From: a bacterium
Lineage (GTDB): Bacteria; UBA8248
NCBI GenBank assembly: GCA_965213685.1
Contig: CBDBZY010000064.1
Location: 800,001 to 864,000, forward strand
Length of the DNA stretch: 64,000 nt
Direction of reading: 5' to 3'
The position numbers and the translations under genes were made by a program. This document shows positions 37,321 through 50,585 of the stretch, piece by piece; within the stretch, counting starts at the first letter, position 1, and every line of letters starts with the position of its first letter. The notes below the pieces were generated by a model that was given only the letters and a program-made list of their open reading frames with translations, did not search any database and was not told the DNA's origin.

Positions 37321-37952
37321 CACTTCATTTTCTTGCTCTTTCAGAAAAATAGTACACAATGTCTTGTCTAAACTCCAGTGGCAAACATATACCTTGTTGA
37401 ATATGAGTTCTTATACGTACACCATACTTGTTAACACACTTGAGCTTTAACCACAATATCTGTTTTAGAGCTCTGAGCTATGTATAATTGGAAACGTCTA
37501 AACTAACTATTTCACCACACAAGTATACAGCTTGCACTGTGACGTTTATGAAGAGCGCACATAGACTGTATGCAATGTAGACGTGGCATAGTGGCCACCT
37601 TGACATTACTACTGAGTGTCTTAACATCTGGCTACAGAGTTTGTGGCCTCACTCTTTGTTTGCTGTTGCTCCTCCAACAGAAAGTCATGATTGCTTCAAG
37701 TACTAGATTGCTGTGATCCACTGTGCAAAATGTTGGCAAATACAAATGATGAAAGGAAAGTCATGCATATACTTTTAATTCATAGACATGTGACAATGCA
37801 CGGAAAATCAAATTGTCTGTTACCATATGTTCTAAGCTACTGAACATCTTTTGAATTAAATATGTGGGCCTGATACTGCCAGTACACCAGCATGACCTCC
37901 AGTCCCTTGATATTGATTATCCCATGTAGTACATGTATATATGAGTATGGAC

Positions 37953-38014
<62 letters not shown>

Positions 38015-38589
38015 CATGTATATGAGATCTCTACAGTGAGAAACTGAATTTGTAGGTTTGGGGTTGCAGGTGAAGTTCAATGGGATGTAGTTATTATTCT
38101 CTGAGCCACATGTTGTTGTATATAAACTTTACCCATACAGCCCACACTGCCTCTACAATATGCAGTAGACTCACTGGTGATGATCTCTCTCTTTCTCCAC
38201 ACACATTCACTCTACTGTACGTACCTTTTTGTGTGAAAAGTATGTGTGAGAGGTAGGACTGTAGGCGTTATGTACTAGTGATGGCTCATGTAAATGCACC
38301 ATCCCATCAGTGGTGGAAAGTTACAGTAACTGCCTGTGGTAACCTGTGACAACTCAATTGCTCTTTGAGAAACAAAGCAAGTAGTCCTTTACCTTTAGTG
38401 GCTATGTAAGAATGCTCAATGTATATGGATATGGGTTAAAAAGTGTCTTAGAAAAATGCTGGATCATAGTACAATACAACCTATGTAGACCTTGCACAAT
38501 GTACATACATTGTTAAGTGATACTGCGATAGTTGTACCTGTGTCGTTAAGAATGATATCCTCCAGTACTTCTCTTAGCATACTGGGTCC

Positions 38590-39322
38590 GCCCATCACCA
38601 CTGCTATCGTTTTGATCAAGTTGAATCTAACCATCAAGTGCATCCACAGCAGATTTGTAACAATCATTGCATAATGTCAAGTGATCACAAACTGGTGGAA
38701 GAGTTTGGTGTCAATTGCTGCGTTTTGCTTATATGCATATCCATGTTATATGCAATAAAATGGTAGCTGTGGTCTACAGTACCACACCTTGCTGCTGCAG
38801 CCATACATGTAGGTGTTCTTTTCCTAGGTTTGTGTCAGTATTTGACAAGTTGTGGGAGTCGGCTAGAAGGTAGGCCTTGTACAGGAGGTAGACACCAAAC
38901 TGATGTATGTACCGACATGCACCTGTGTCTCATTTTATACCCAGATCACAATATTAGCTGTTCAAACTATTATCAGCAATAGTAGTGGTCAGGCATTTTG
39001 TTATGGTTCCAAGCTTCTGACAGTACAGATATCAATTCCATACAAAAAGGTACCCTGTTTGTATGCCCTTAACCAGCAGATTTGAGTTGTTATCTGATTA
39101 ATATATAGATAGTTGCAAAACCACACGGTTTTTCTTCCTCCTCATCCTCCTCCCTCTCGTCTTCTCAAGATGTTTCTATGTATTTTCAAATAGCCTACAT
39201 TTTGTATGTTGGCATTGGCTGAAGTGTGTAATTGCCATGCTTTTCATGTGAACCTCTCATTTCAGAGTATGCAGTCCCCTTTATAAGCAAATTTTTAATC
39301 CCCTCACACTGTTTTTAAATTG
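38590..39322 (+). repeat. Dispersed ~700-bp repeat, second copy at ~45920-46620
   Basis: catcaccactgctat..ttttgatcaa ... ccctcacactg.ttttaaattgt is collinear in both copies with indels. Confidence 0.85.
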
Positions 39323-41311
39323 TGATTGCAATATTTTGTGTAAACATGAAATAGCTATCTCTGGGTCACTGTCGTGCATTGTTGCTGTCATTACCCTCAC
39401 GGTTGTCAAAACCTTTGGAATAGTTCGATGTCAATGTCTGAGGAGAAAGAGTCAGGTATTGTTCACTTAATACTTTGCTGAAAAATGTTCACAAAGCAGC
39501 TATAGAAGAACAGAAGTTATAGAAATGCAAGCTGCTTGAGAGAAATGATGTGGTATCAAATGAACTTTCCATTTCTTCATCAGCCATTGGACCATCACGC
39601 CGAGTTGCTGCAGTAAAGGACTTCAAACTTTGCTGAATAATTGGCTTACAGAACTGCTGCCGAAATGCAAAGGTGTACAATCTGAGCCGTATACACTCCT
39701 TATGTAAGGCTCCAAAGCCATATGAGGACAGTAGAAATTTTAATAATGTCAGAGAAAATTTGCGTTACTACGCATTTCTTATGTGTGAATCTTGCATAAC
39801 ATGTTATTGAGGGACTATAGGTCCAGAATATTCTGGCCTAGGCAGGTGTCACTGATTTATGAACAGGGTAGTGGGTTTTAACAAGTTAAGCGTGTGAATA
39901 GATCATAAGTGAGGTAAACCTCGTGTCATGTAAATAAAAGAATTTCAAGGAAACATGATAATTGTACAGTAGGGGGCAATAAAACAAATGTACCACACCG
40001 AACCTGGACCTAACTTACACGGATCGCTACACCGAACAGCCACCGCATTACTGCCGAACTTAGACAGTACTCTGAACGAACTTCCACTGCACTACTAGCG
40101 GACTTTCACCACACTACCAGCGAACTCCTGGTACCATTTAACCGTGCGTTAGTACTGTGCGTTCCGTGCGTGCGCATCGCCAACTGAGTACGTACATGTG
40201 CACACATTCATTACACGTGTAGAGCGAGAGCAGAGCTACAGCTAGAGGTGTCATGGTGTACAGCGAGTACACGAAACATAGAATACTGTTTTACTGGTTC
40301 AAGGGTCTTAAGCCTACACATATCGTGCTACAGCTTAAGCACTTTTAGCGCTCTCCGCAGTGACATCTTCTCGTTTGGAAGTTTACTCGTTTTGGATATC
40401 AGCTGCGTCTATACCAGGTGTGATTTGTGTGGCCACGTGAAGTGGGCGTGGAACTCGACTATGCAGGTGCATGTGCATGTACACATATATACGTATACAG
40501 ACATGAGATCAGGATTAGACCGCACTCAACTGAACCAAACCGAACTTAACAGGACCACTGAACCTTCGCCGAACATTAAGTGTACTTGGAACCGCACTCA
40601 TACAGTAAGGTAAGGGCGGGGATTCCTGAACGAACTTTGAACTTGGTCTGATATCTTGCGCTACAACTTTCTTTTACTTCACTTACAACGGCTATTTTCA
40701 CTACTGGACCTCTGAAGACTTGTGCTTCATACGCTACCTTCTATTGCTGAGGGTTTTACTTCATTCAAGAGTTAGCTAGATAAATATCAAAAATGTCAAA
40801 TAATTAGAGCGGCTGGTAATCCTGAACGCGTGCAACAAAAAGGTATCTGACGAGAACCATAGGCTTGTTGTCGCTGTACTCGGTGATAGTATTATGAAGC
40901 AAATTGCAGGAATAATGTTATTCAAAACACTCAAGTGAAAGAACACAGTGCAATACGGTGCTTGCAGAAGCACACTTCTCTCTTGGCTGGAAGCACATAC
41001 TGCATAGTGGTCGGGCTCAAAGAATTGCCAAGGACTGTTTTAGATGTGAGAATAGTAAAATGGACATCTCATGATGATGGAGTGACACAGTTGTACGTGA
41101 GGGCAATGATAATATGTAAGAGGAGCAAAAGCAGCTGTGATTATGATTAATATGGCTGACTACAAGAGTAGACACATGATAACCCCTCAACCCACAAAGT
41201 GGTTAATAAAGTCTGGGGCAACCAAACCCAGCCCAGCCTGGTTAGTGTATGAGGGGGGAAAAACTCACTGCCGTATAATCTGAGTGATGGAAAGAAAGAG
41301 GAAGAAAAAGT

Positions 41312-41385
41312 GGACTCCTGCAGGACACGAACCCATGACTCTCAGCTTTATATGCTGACGCTCTAGCGACTGAGCTAAAGAGCCC
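41312..41385 (-). other. tRNA-derived element (SINE head or tRNA pseudogene)
   Basis: gggctctttagctcagtcgctagagcgtcagcatataaagctgagagtcatgggttcgtgtcctgcaggagtcc has an A-box, B-box, acceptor stem and anticodon stem. The T-stem is poor and the anticodon loop (ATATAAA) is non-canonical. Confidence 0.65.
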
Positions 41386-41624
41386 AGCCAGCAGGCAAAG
41401 TCGATAGGCTGTTCCCTTATGGAGAACACCTTTTCTTCCAAAGGGCAGTGAGAAACCATATCCTAAAACAGCCTCTGCTGGTCTGCAATGAAGCTCCCTG
41501 CTGCCCCAACACACAGGATGGTTATTAAAGTCTAGGGCAACCAACCTAGCCTAGCCTAGTTAGTCTGTGGAGCGGTGCCTGAAGCAGGAGACCCATTAAG
41601 GGTCTGGTAAGGGTCTGATCCCAT

Positions 41625-43410
41625 TAAGAGTCTGACTACAAGAGTGACAGTAAAAGGGCACTTTCTTGGAGGGCATATGCTTGAAGCCTGCACATTTGTA
41701 GTGGAACCACTGCCTGCAGTCACCATCGCAACCTATCCAGGTCTTCCTTTTGCTCTCTGTTTCATCCCTGTACTCTCCACTACAAGCAGGACATACGGCA
41801 TTATCTAAAGGATGGAGATACTTATATATAATCAGTCACTCAACTTGCCGCACAAAAAAAGTGACAGGTAACTTAGTTTGATGCTCTTGTGGAATGTGTG
41901 TTTATGTATGTTTCTTACCTTCCACATTTGATTGTACATGCTCTGGCAGGGTGGTCTCTTTCTGTGCTGATTTTTTCTGTTTGTCCTGCTTTTCCTTTTC
42001 CAGGAGCTCCAGAAACTCGTTGGATGTAATAACTTTCCCTTCAATCCTCACTTGATTTTTACACCTTGTGCGTGTTGGACATATCTTAACCTCAAGCACA
42101 CCACGAAAGTAGCATCTAAGATTCTTCCATATGAAGGGACTTGTCCTCATTTTATGTCCACAAGCATCACAAGAGATATGATCAGGTGCTGTTTGTGATG
42201 ATGTTGTCGCAGTAGTGAATGCCTTTGATGGAGCCAGTCTATCCAGTACCACCTGACAGCAAAGAGGGAAGATTCCACAAGCTCTGAATGCACTGTTGCA
42301 GTACTCTGGTTTGCGTGATTCACCCCAAAGTTGCCGCAAGGGACTTGGGAACACTTCCTCTGATATATATTCTGTGCCCTAGACTCCAGTCTCCATTGTT
42401 TGAGTATTCTGGCCCATACTTTCTTCATTGGGCCAAGCACTCCCACATCTTGTGGTTGCACAATGTGTGTGCAATTTGGAGGAAGACAAAACAACTTGAC
42501 ATTTTTTCTCTTGCCACCCTTATGAGCTCTAGACTGATGTGGGAATGGTGCCCATCAAAAAAGCAGATAGACTGGACTAGTCTTTGTCAGATGGGCAACA
42601 GCGGGAAGGAACAGCTTGCGAAACCAGGACAAAAAAATTGTCAGCTTCCATCCACCCTGACTCAAACACCATACACAGCACGTACCAGCCGGACCCCCCT
42701 CCATCCACTGTTGGTACATATTTTTCCCTTTGTAGAGGATAAAGGGAGGAAGACGTTGGCCACTAGCACTACAGCACACGTGTACTGTTATGTGTTCTCT
42801 GCCTGAGCCTCCACCAACCTCATGAAGGGATTTAACACCGCGTTTGCATAGCAACTTGCCGGATGTGGCTGAGGTGCAAAAGGCTGTCTCATCACAGTTT
42901 TATATGCGATGTGCAACTGGGGGATCTTTCATGTCAAGCCCACTCTCACTATAGCTCTTTTCCAGCGAGTCAAAGAATGCCGTCAACACCTCATTATTTG
43001 CAGCTTGAGCTCTACTTTTGGACAAGTGCTGGGGTTTGCACTGTGTTAGTGATGGCCACCTTTTCATAAAACGCTGCCACCAGTCCTTCCATGGTGTACC
43101 ATCACAAAAAGGGGTGGGAATATTGTTTTCCCTGATGTAATGTTATTTACAATAGTTTCCACCAACCTTCTTGTGATTCCAAACCCCATCTCAGCCAGTA
43201 CCTGGCAGGTAAGTACAATCTCTTGCTCATCTTGCAGTTGCAGCACAGTAGGAGCTCCAGATCTGACATGTTTGCACAAGCCAGATGTATGGCCATGCAG
43301 TGTTGATTTGGGGATGCCAAATTCTGCTGCAGCTGCAGAGACTTTTGCCACCCTCCACTGCTCGGAGAGCAAGTTGCAGATCTTCCTGCGTGTAGCGGGT
43401 CTTTATCTTG
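41625..43410 (-). mobile_element. Decayed pogo/Tigger-family transposase (HTH-psq, CENP-B-type HTH, DDE_1) with C-terminal PHD finger exon
   Basis: Fragments: YTQEDLQLALRAV..VSAAAAEFGIPKSTL; REHITVHVCCSASGQRLPPFILYKGK; LLFDGHHSH; CLPPNCTHIVQPQDVGVLGPMKKVW; terminal exon CPAC...WIGCDGDCRQWFHYKCAG...FYCHSC. Many frameshifts. Confidence 0.85.
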
Positions 43411-46400
43411 CATACCATTTCTCTGTTTTGAAAACACCACATGACATGTCACACTACGCTTACACGCATAGTAGCTCTAGACGTATCTATTCCCACCCCT
43501 TTTTGTGATGGTACACCATCCTCAGGCTCTTCCCTCAAGCAAAAAGCTGTTGTATGACCTTTGACACCCCCACTCCAACCTTAGGGACAAAGGGTTGTCC
43601 ATAAGAAGCATGTGGCAGTCATACTGCGCATACGTGTTGTAACTGTGATTTACGATGCAGACACACAGAAGGCTTTGAAGAGCCAGACCACAAGAAGACC
43701 TTGGTGGACTTGATTGGCTCACTGTGGGTATCAGACGAGTTAGTAATCAGTATTCATCAAAATTAATGGGTACAATGCACGAGTATACAATGTAGCTTAC
43801 ATTGTAACTCAACAAACGTCTCTGAAGGTAACAGATGTGAGTTAACTTGAAGGGCAATAGCTATTGGTATGGAAACCTTCAGCAATGAGTACCCTTTGAA
43901 TAAGGCAAGTGTACATGTGCGTTATATCTTATATAGTGAATTAAAAACTCCAGCGAGAGAAAAGTACAAAGATGGTCGCAGGCTCGCCAACAGACCATGT
44001 TTATCAGGCATCGGCTGAGAAGAATGACAGATGCAGAATGATAGATATAGCGCTTATCGACAAACTGATAGAGAAAGGGGATTGACAAACTGGTAGAGAA
44101 AGGGAATCGACAACTCGTAATCAACAACTCCCTTTGTGAAGGACTCGACAACTAGCTAACAACAACTCGTGTTGGCTGCGCATCCCTACATTTTTAGGGT
44201 ACAAAACTAGCGTACAATGTCAAAGCTACGCCATGTGACATCATTAGAGAGATGATGTACGTGATACACTGTTGTCAGACAATCCCATGTTATCTCTAGG
44301 TCCAAACAATCCGCCACTGCACTAAGGACAGCTATATAGAGGGGGGCTCCATCCGCACGACTAGGTGGGCTCGCTTCCACTCGCCCAACTAGTAGAATGC
44401 CCAGCATTGTGGGCAAGTGGGAGTGAGCCAATCTGATGCTTATCTTGAATGATAGTTTGGCATGGTTCATTGAAGATCTTATGAATGTCAACATTTGCAA
44501 GAGCACCTAAGTACAATGTTGGATCACTAGCTGTAGTGTAGAACTCTTCTGACTGGCCTCAAAGTTAAAATGTCCAAGCTTACAGAGGAATGCCTGCTAA
44601 GCTATTAAGTGATGTGTGAACGCACACAGCATGTATCTGAAACAGCCGAGTCATTTTCTCGGAGTCAAGTGGGATCTGTCTTCAGCCATACAAGCTACGT
44701 ATATAGTCGCAGGTCACAGGGTTGCTAGATATGCCCTCTTTGAACTGTTTGTACACGAGCGGAAGTGATGATGATGTCAAAACAAGAGCATTTAACCCTT
44801 ATGTGCACAGATTTTGTCAACTTCGTGTGTAAGGATACTACAGTTTAATTATTGCTTGAAGCATTGTATTGCAGTTAGGCTGGGGGCTATTCTAACTGCT
44901 GTCTCCCAACAATACAGGCCACTGCGGTCTGTGGTGCCAACATTGGGTTCTTTCTGGACCAAACTTCTCAAGTCATGCATCACAGGAGAAAATGCCTGCA
45001 CACACATGCCATTAATCTCTGTACCGCAATTGATTTTGCCATATCTACAATGCAGCAGTTTGCCATATTATGCAATTCTAGACAACAGCAGCAGAATTTG
45101 CAACTGCTACTTATGGAGGGGAGTGCTATAGTACGTAGTTGGATACATGCTCATTTGACTATTTTCATAGAGATCAATTGCTACTTGCTAATTTTGATCC
45201 TCCTACAAAGTTCTGTATAAATGAAATGCACTCTGCTGGGTGCAAACTATCCTGATAAGACAAGTCATGCATGCACATTCTCTCCCCTCCCCCCACACAT
45301 ACCCCCACACACACACGTGCACACATGTACGTATGCACACATAGACACACATACACAGCTAAGTGGGTAATTGAAATATCAATGATATGATTATGAATAC
45401 TTTATGATTATACTGTATTGATTGTATTCCTCCCTTTCGTCTGGTAATGGCTCCAATCCCCTTTCTGCCACAAAGAAAAAGAGAAGCAAGCAAGCAATGT
45501 AATATCATGACTTAACATTATGTTTCGTAATTCGATCTTGTTCTACTTATGCATGGACTCCTAACATTACTGCGGACTTGAAAACTTTTTTGCATATCTT
45601 AGAGTAATATGTCAGTAAAATTCAGTGTAGAAGTAAAAAAACTTACAGGGCATTTAACCTATTTTTGATTTTGATTATATATTCTGCTAGACTTTTTGAA
45701 AGCTAAAGTGGGGGGAGGGAGGAAAGAGACAGAGAGAGACAAGAGAGAGAGAGAGAGTGGGGGGGGGGGGGGGGGGGGGGGAGCGAGAGGGAGAAGGATA
45801 GGGATAGGGTATTTCTCTCCGGGAGGGAGGGAGGGAGGGAGAGAGGGAGAGGGAGAGGGAGAGGGAGAGGAAGAGACAGAATTGAAGTTGAAAAAATAGC
45901 ACATTACCACTGCTGGTCTGCACATCACCACTGCTATTGTTTTGATCAAACCATCAAGCGCATCCACAGCAGATTTGTAGCTATCATTACGTGATGTAAA
46001 GTGATCACAAACTGGTGGAAGAGTTTGGTGTCAATTGCTGTGTTTTGCTTATCCATTTGAAATGAAATGGTAGCTGTGGTCTGCAGTACTACCTACACCT
46101 TGCTGCTGCAGCCTTTCCCAGGTTTGTGTCAGTGTTTGACAAGTTGTGGGAGTCAGCTAGATATGCAGGTTTGTAAGGTAGGCCTTGTACAGGAGGTAGA
46201 CACCAAACTGATGTACGTATGTACATGTACATGCACCTGTGTCTCATTTTATACCCAAAACCAAACTAATATCGGCAATAGTAGTAGTCGGGCATTTTGT
46301 TATGGCTCCAAGCTTCTGACAGTACAAATATCAATTCCATACAAAAAATTACCCTGTTTGTGTGCCCTCAATCAACAGATTTGAGTTGTTATCTGATTGA

Positions 46401-47704
46401 TATACATGTATAGATAGATGCAAAACCATGTGTCTCTTTTCTTCCTTCTCATCCTCCTCCCTCTCATCTTCTCAAGATATTGGATATTTCTATTTTCAAA
46501 TAGCCTACATTTTGCTGAAGTGTGTAATTGCCATGTTTTTTATGTGAAACACTCATTTCAGAGTATGCAGTCCCTTTATGAGCAAGTTTCTAAACCCCTC
46601 ACACTGCTTTTAAATTGTATGTGTAGGTAGCCTCGTCTCCAGGCTCTCCCCTCCAGCGAAAATTTGTTGTGCCGTCTTTGACACCCCTACTCCGACCTTA
46701 GGCTGTAAAGTGTCGTCCGCAGAAGGCGTGTTGCAGGCATACTACGCATGTGTTGTAACTGCGATTGACATTGTATCAGAGATGGAAAAAGGATATCACT
46801 CGTAGTATATGCAATCACTGAAGAAATGAATGCCAACAATGAATGACACAGTTCGTTACTTTTGTGGCTGTGGGCAGACGTTATTTTTACTTACAGTTTG
46901 AGTTGGGGTCATGCAGCTATGATCTGTGGGTGGCTGGGCATGATTTTCGGGGGGAAGGGGGTCTAGAGGCGCTTGCCTCCGTGTTTGTGGTCTTCCTCCC
47001 CTCACTGCTCCTCTTATCCTTCCCCACCCTCTCTCCTTCCAAGATCTACACAGAGGCCCTCCGGCTTCTGGTGCTGCTGCTCCTCCTCCTTTTCATCTTC
47101 CCCTTCCCCTTCCTGCAGTTGGCTGGGTGGCCTCATTGTCCATAGGGGGGGGGGGGGGGGGGGGGGGCTGCATGTTGCTGTGCCGGCTCGTTTTCCTCGA
47201 AGTGTTCAAAGAGGTCCATATCAATGTCTGAGAGGGAAGAAAGAGCGTAGCTGACATTAGTGCATCATTTGTAGTATAGTTGAACTGTACATGAAAAATT
47301 GTAATATAATTTTCCAGTTGACAAGAGAAATGAAAGCACAAATGATATGATTGACATACATAAAGCTGTACTAAATTCAAATATGCGGTAGGTGACTGAC
47401 CTTGCATGTCCTCAAGTTCCTGCACCATGCTTGTTTTTGGAAAGTAACTGCGATACTCGAGCCTTATGAGGTCCTTATATAAAGTGAAGAACATGAACTT
47501 TTGAACTTTGTGTAGTACTTGCCTGTGTGTCTGTAGATCTGTCTGTCTGTGTGTCTGATTCTGCTAACCTGCTATCATGTATGATTAGGCATCCAACAAG
47601 TGCCACTGACAGCTGCAGCGCAAGGTGTGCAGTACTTTCAACGTGTTTTTAAGAATGCTTTGTTAGGAAGTTTGGGCGTTATGTGCTTACAATAGGTCAG
47701 CCAT

Positions 47705-48530
47705 TTGCGTTCATGCATCTCTGCAAACTCACGGCGGAGAATCTTTGCCACGAGTTTTGCGGGGACGGGCGGGAGGCCCTCGCCAATGTGGGTGCCTGAT
47801 GCCTGTGGTGGGGTGTGCGCGGAAGCACTCGGCAGTAAGTTGGAAGGGGCATTGACAGTTGGTGTGCTGCCCTCCGTTTGTGTGCCGCTGGCCAAATCAA
47901 ATGTATTGACTTCACTGAGGTCGGATGCGGGAGGTACACCATCGTCAAGACCTACGAGGGGGGGGAGAGGCGGTGTGACGGGCAGGGTAGAGAAGCCTCG
48001 GAGCCAGGAGGCAGGCTAGTGACTAGCCCTCGTGCCCGGTACCTGCAAGTGTTGGGGGGGTATGACTGGGGGAGGTGCCCGGTATGGTCTGCATATGTGC
48101 AGTGCCCAGTGGTGTATGATGCCCGGTGCGAGCGTGCATAGTACACGGATCAATGATGGGCAGCGGGACGAGAGGTCATCCGTGGGCGCTCGGGCCCCGA
48201 TCTTTGGCCTACGCTACGGCCCGAGTACGTAGGCTCCCTGCACGAATGCCCGGGTAGGCTTGCGAATGCTGGGAGTGGGTGGCAGGAGAGGCATGCACAA
48301 AACAGAGCGAGTAGACTTACCACCGGTGGACCGTTGGCTGGTCCGCACTTGGGTGACCAGGGGGGCGAGTTGGTTGACGAGTGAGCCTAGACGCTGGTCG
48401 ATAGCCCCTTGGACCATTGAGGTGATCCGTGCCTCCGTATCGTCTGTCTTGGGTTCATCACCCATCCTTCTGCATCGATCGGGGAGGGGGGGGGGGGGGG
48501 ACGGAGGGTTGACGTCCGATAGGGAGAAGC
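47705..48530 (-). mobile_element. DIRS/Ngaro-type retrotransposon gag-like fragment
   Basis: GC-rich; IGEGLPPVPAKLVAKILRREFAEMHE matches the GLPPVPxKLVxKIxxxEFVDM gag motif of tyrosine-recombinase retrotransposons. Truncated. Confidence 0.6.
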
Positions 48531-49002
48531 TGTAGTAGCAGTGCCGAGGGAAGGCGCCTGGTGTAGGAGGAAAGAGAACCGCTGTCGTAGCCGAAACGTC
48601 CGAGTGAGTGCCACGAGATACACCCATGCACTCCTGTTGCGCATGCTCGGCCAAGGACCCACATGGATCCTTGACCTCGTCAGGCCCAGGTCTCCTATTA
48701 ACCTCCTTTAATTATACAATTAACCTCCATAAGAACTAACCTTTGAAGAGTGCCTGAATTTGAGTGTCAAGGGGGATTTCATAGAACTTAATTGTGTGAA
48801 TATGCATACACTCAAGGGAAGCTCTGTTGAAGTCCTCACTTAAGAGTTCTCCACAATCAATATCGCAGAGAGTATGCCCAACCTCTTCATTGGTTTTTAG
48901 GCCAGAAGTGTTAAATATGCGGTGCAGAGATCTGTATCCCAAACAAAACTTGATCCCTGAACTTCAGTCACAGCAGCAGCTGAACCAACAACTTCCAGCT
49001 GT

Positions 49003-49366
49003 TAGTAGTCACATTGAAGTACCAAGAAATGTATTTGCTCCCTGCATATCACTGAGACATGAACTTGTCTCTAATGTCAATCCATTACAACCTTCTCATA
49101 ACTTTGGATGTGACATTTATCATCATGCTATCAATATAGTAGTCACATTGAAGTACCAAGAAATGTATTTGCTCCCTGCATATCACTGAGACATGAACTT
49201 GTCTCTAATGTCAATCCATTACAACCTTCTCATAACTTTGGATGTGACATTTATCATCATGCTATCAATATTGTAGGACTGTAATGGATTGACATTAGAG
49301 ACAAGTTCATGTCTCAGTGATATGCAGGGAGCAAATACATTTCTTGGTACTTCAATGTGACTACTA
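49003..49366. repeat. Exact 134-bp tandem duplication followed by an 87-bp inverted copy
   Basis: 49003-49136 equals 49137-49270; 49280-49366 is the reverse complement of the first 87 nt of the unit. Confidence 0.95.
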
Positions 49367-49843
49367 TCATCAAGGATGCAGTGATTATACTACAGAATAA
49401 TGTTTCTGGTTATGGATGTTTTTTTAGTTGTCACTGTGTATATGAAGAAATATGTTTGATGTACGTTACAATGACCCTCAGTGATACCTCTTACACAGTT
49501 CTGCTTGGTGTGTATGTTGCCTGATATCCGTTGCCAATCATCACACTTCCTTACAGCACTTTCCTTCCTCCCTCCTTTAACGGTATTGAAGATAGTTTCA
49601 GTTTCACTCTTAACCATTGACAAACCAGTTGTGATATGTGTAACAAAAAGACATGTCATGACAACAGTATAATGGGTTCATATATGCAATATGGCTGGTA
49701 GAATGGCTACACATGGCCAAAGCCTGCTGAATTCAACATTCCAAAGCATATAATTTCCTCGAAAGTAGCATTACTAAGTGCCAGTTGGAGAGTAACTTAT
49801 GGTGAATAGATCATATATATCATCTGTTGACAAGGGTGGGTTC

Positions 49844-50367
49844 TCAGAGGGAAGAAAGAGTGGGTGCATCACAGCTGGATCGCTTCGAATTAGTTTTGTC
49901 CTTGGACAAGGCCGAGCTAACCAGTTTCTGCGTTTTATCCAGTAAATACCTCACCACCTCACTGTCAGGGCCACCTTCAAACTTCAGAATGCATGGGATT
50001 TCAAATCCCCCTTGTACTAGATCAGCAGAGTAGCGCCTGACACCAGTTACCCTACAGTGAATTGCTCCTCCATGCCGCAGAAACAATGAACAGTTCGAGG
50101 AGATTTTATTTGGACCATGGCCTACTATTACCCCAGATTTCAGAATCAAAACAGCAAAAATATAATGTGGATTCTTTGGCATTCGAGTTCTTCACCAACT
50201 TTAGCATCCCAGATCTCTTTATACTGGTAGTAGCCTCGTACCATGGCCTCTACTTCGAAGTATAAACAGACCATTTCTACTCCACGTGTACAAGTGGTAT
50301 GGTTTAGCATACTGCGACCATGAAAATTTTTCCATGAACTGGCCCCAAAAATACCCGCTATACAGTA
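49844..50367 (-). pseudogene. HIRAN-like domain fragment inside a probable DNA transposon end
   Basis: VRGYYQYKEIWDAKVGEELECQR, then in a shifted frame PKNPHYIFAV...IVGHGPNKIS..CSLFLRHGGAIHCRVTG.RRYSADLVQGGFEIPC. The nearby terminus-like tactgtatagcgggtatttt resembles Tc1/pogo TIR starts. Confidence 0.6.
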
Positions 50368-50585
50368 TTGACCATAAAACATCTCATAACAAAGTACCAG
50401 AAAACTTTGAATATGGTCCGAGTAGTGGACACTTAATTCACCTCGGTCATTATCCCACCCAGTGCCACCCGCTCTCTTCTTCGATGATCACCCTTCATGG
50501 GCCTTTATAGTGACCCATTGGTATTGGCCAAAGGGACTGGGCTCATGGGCGTGCTAATGGGGCGTGTCTCGGACCGCCTTAGGAG

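Noticed and set aside
38590-39322. Coding gene within the dispersed 700-bp repeat
   Set aside because: Both copies have stops and indels in the frames examined and no recognisable motif.
41312-41385. Functional tRNA gene
   Set aside because: The T-stem pairs poorly and the anticodon loop is non-canonical; treated as a tRNA-derived repeat.
45705-45875. G-rich tract as a regulatory G-quadruplex (also poly-G at ~47144-47167 and ~48481-48500, and (GAG)n at ~27554-27600)
   Set aside because: These are simple low-complexity runs with no independent evidence of function.
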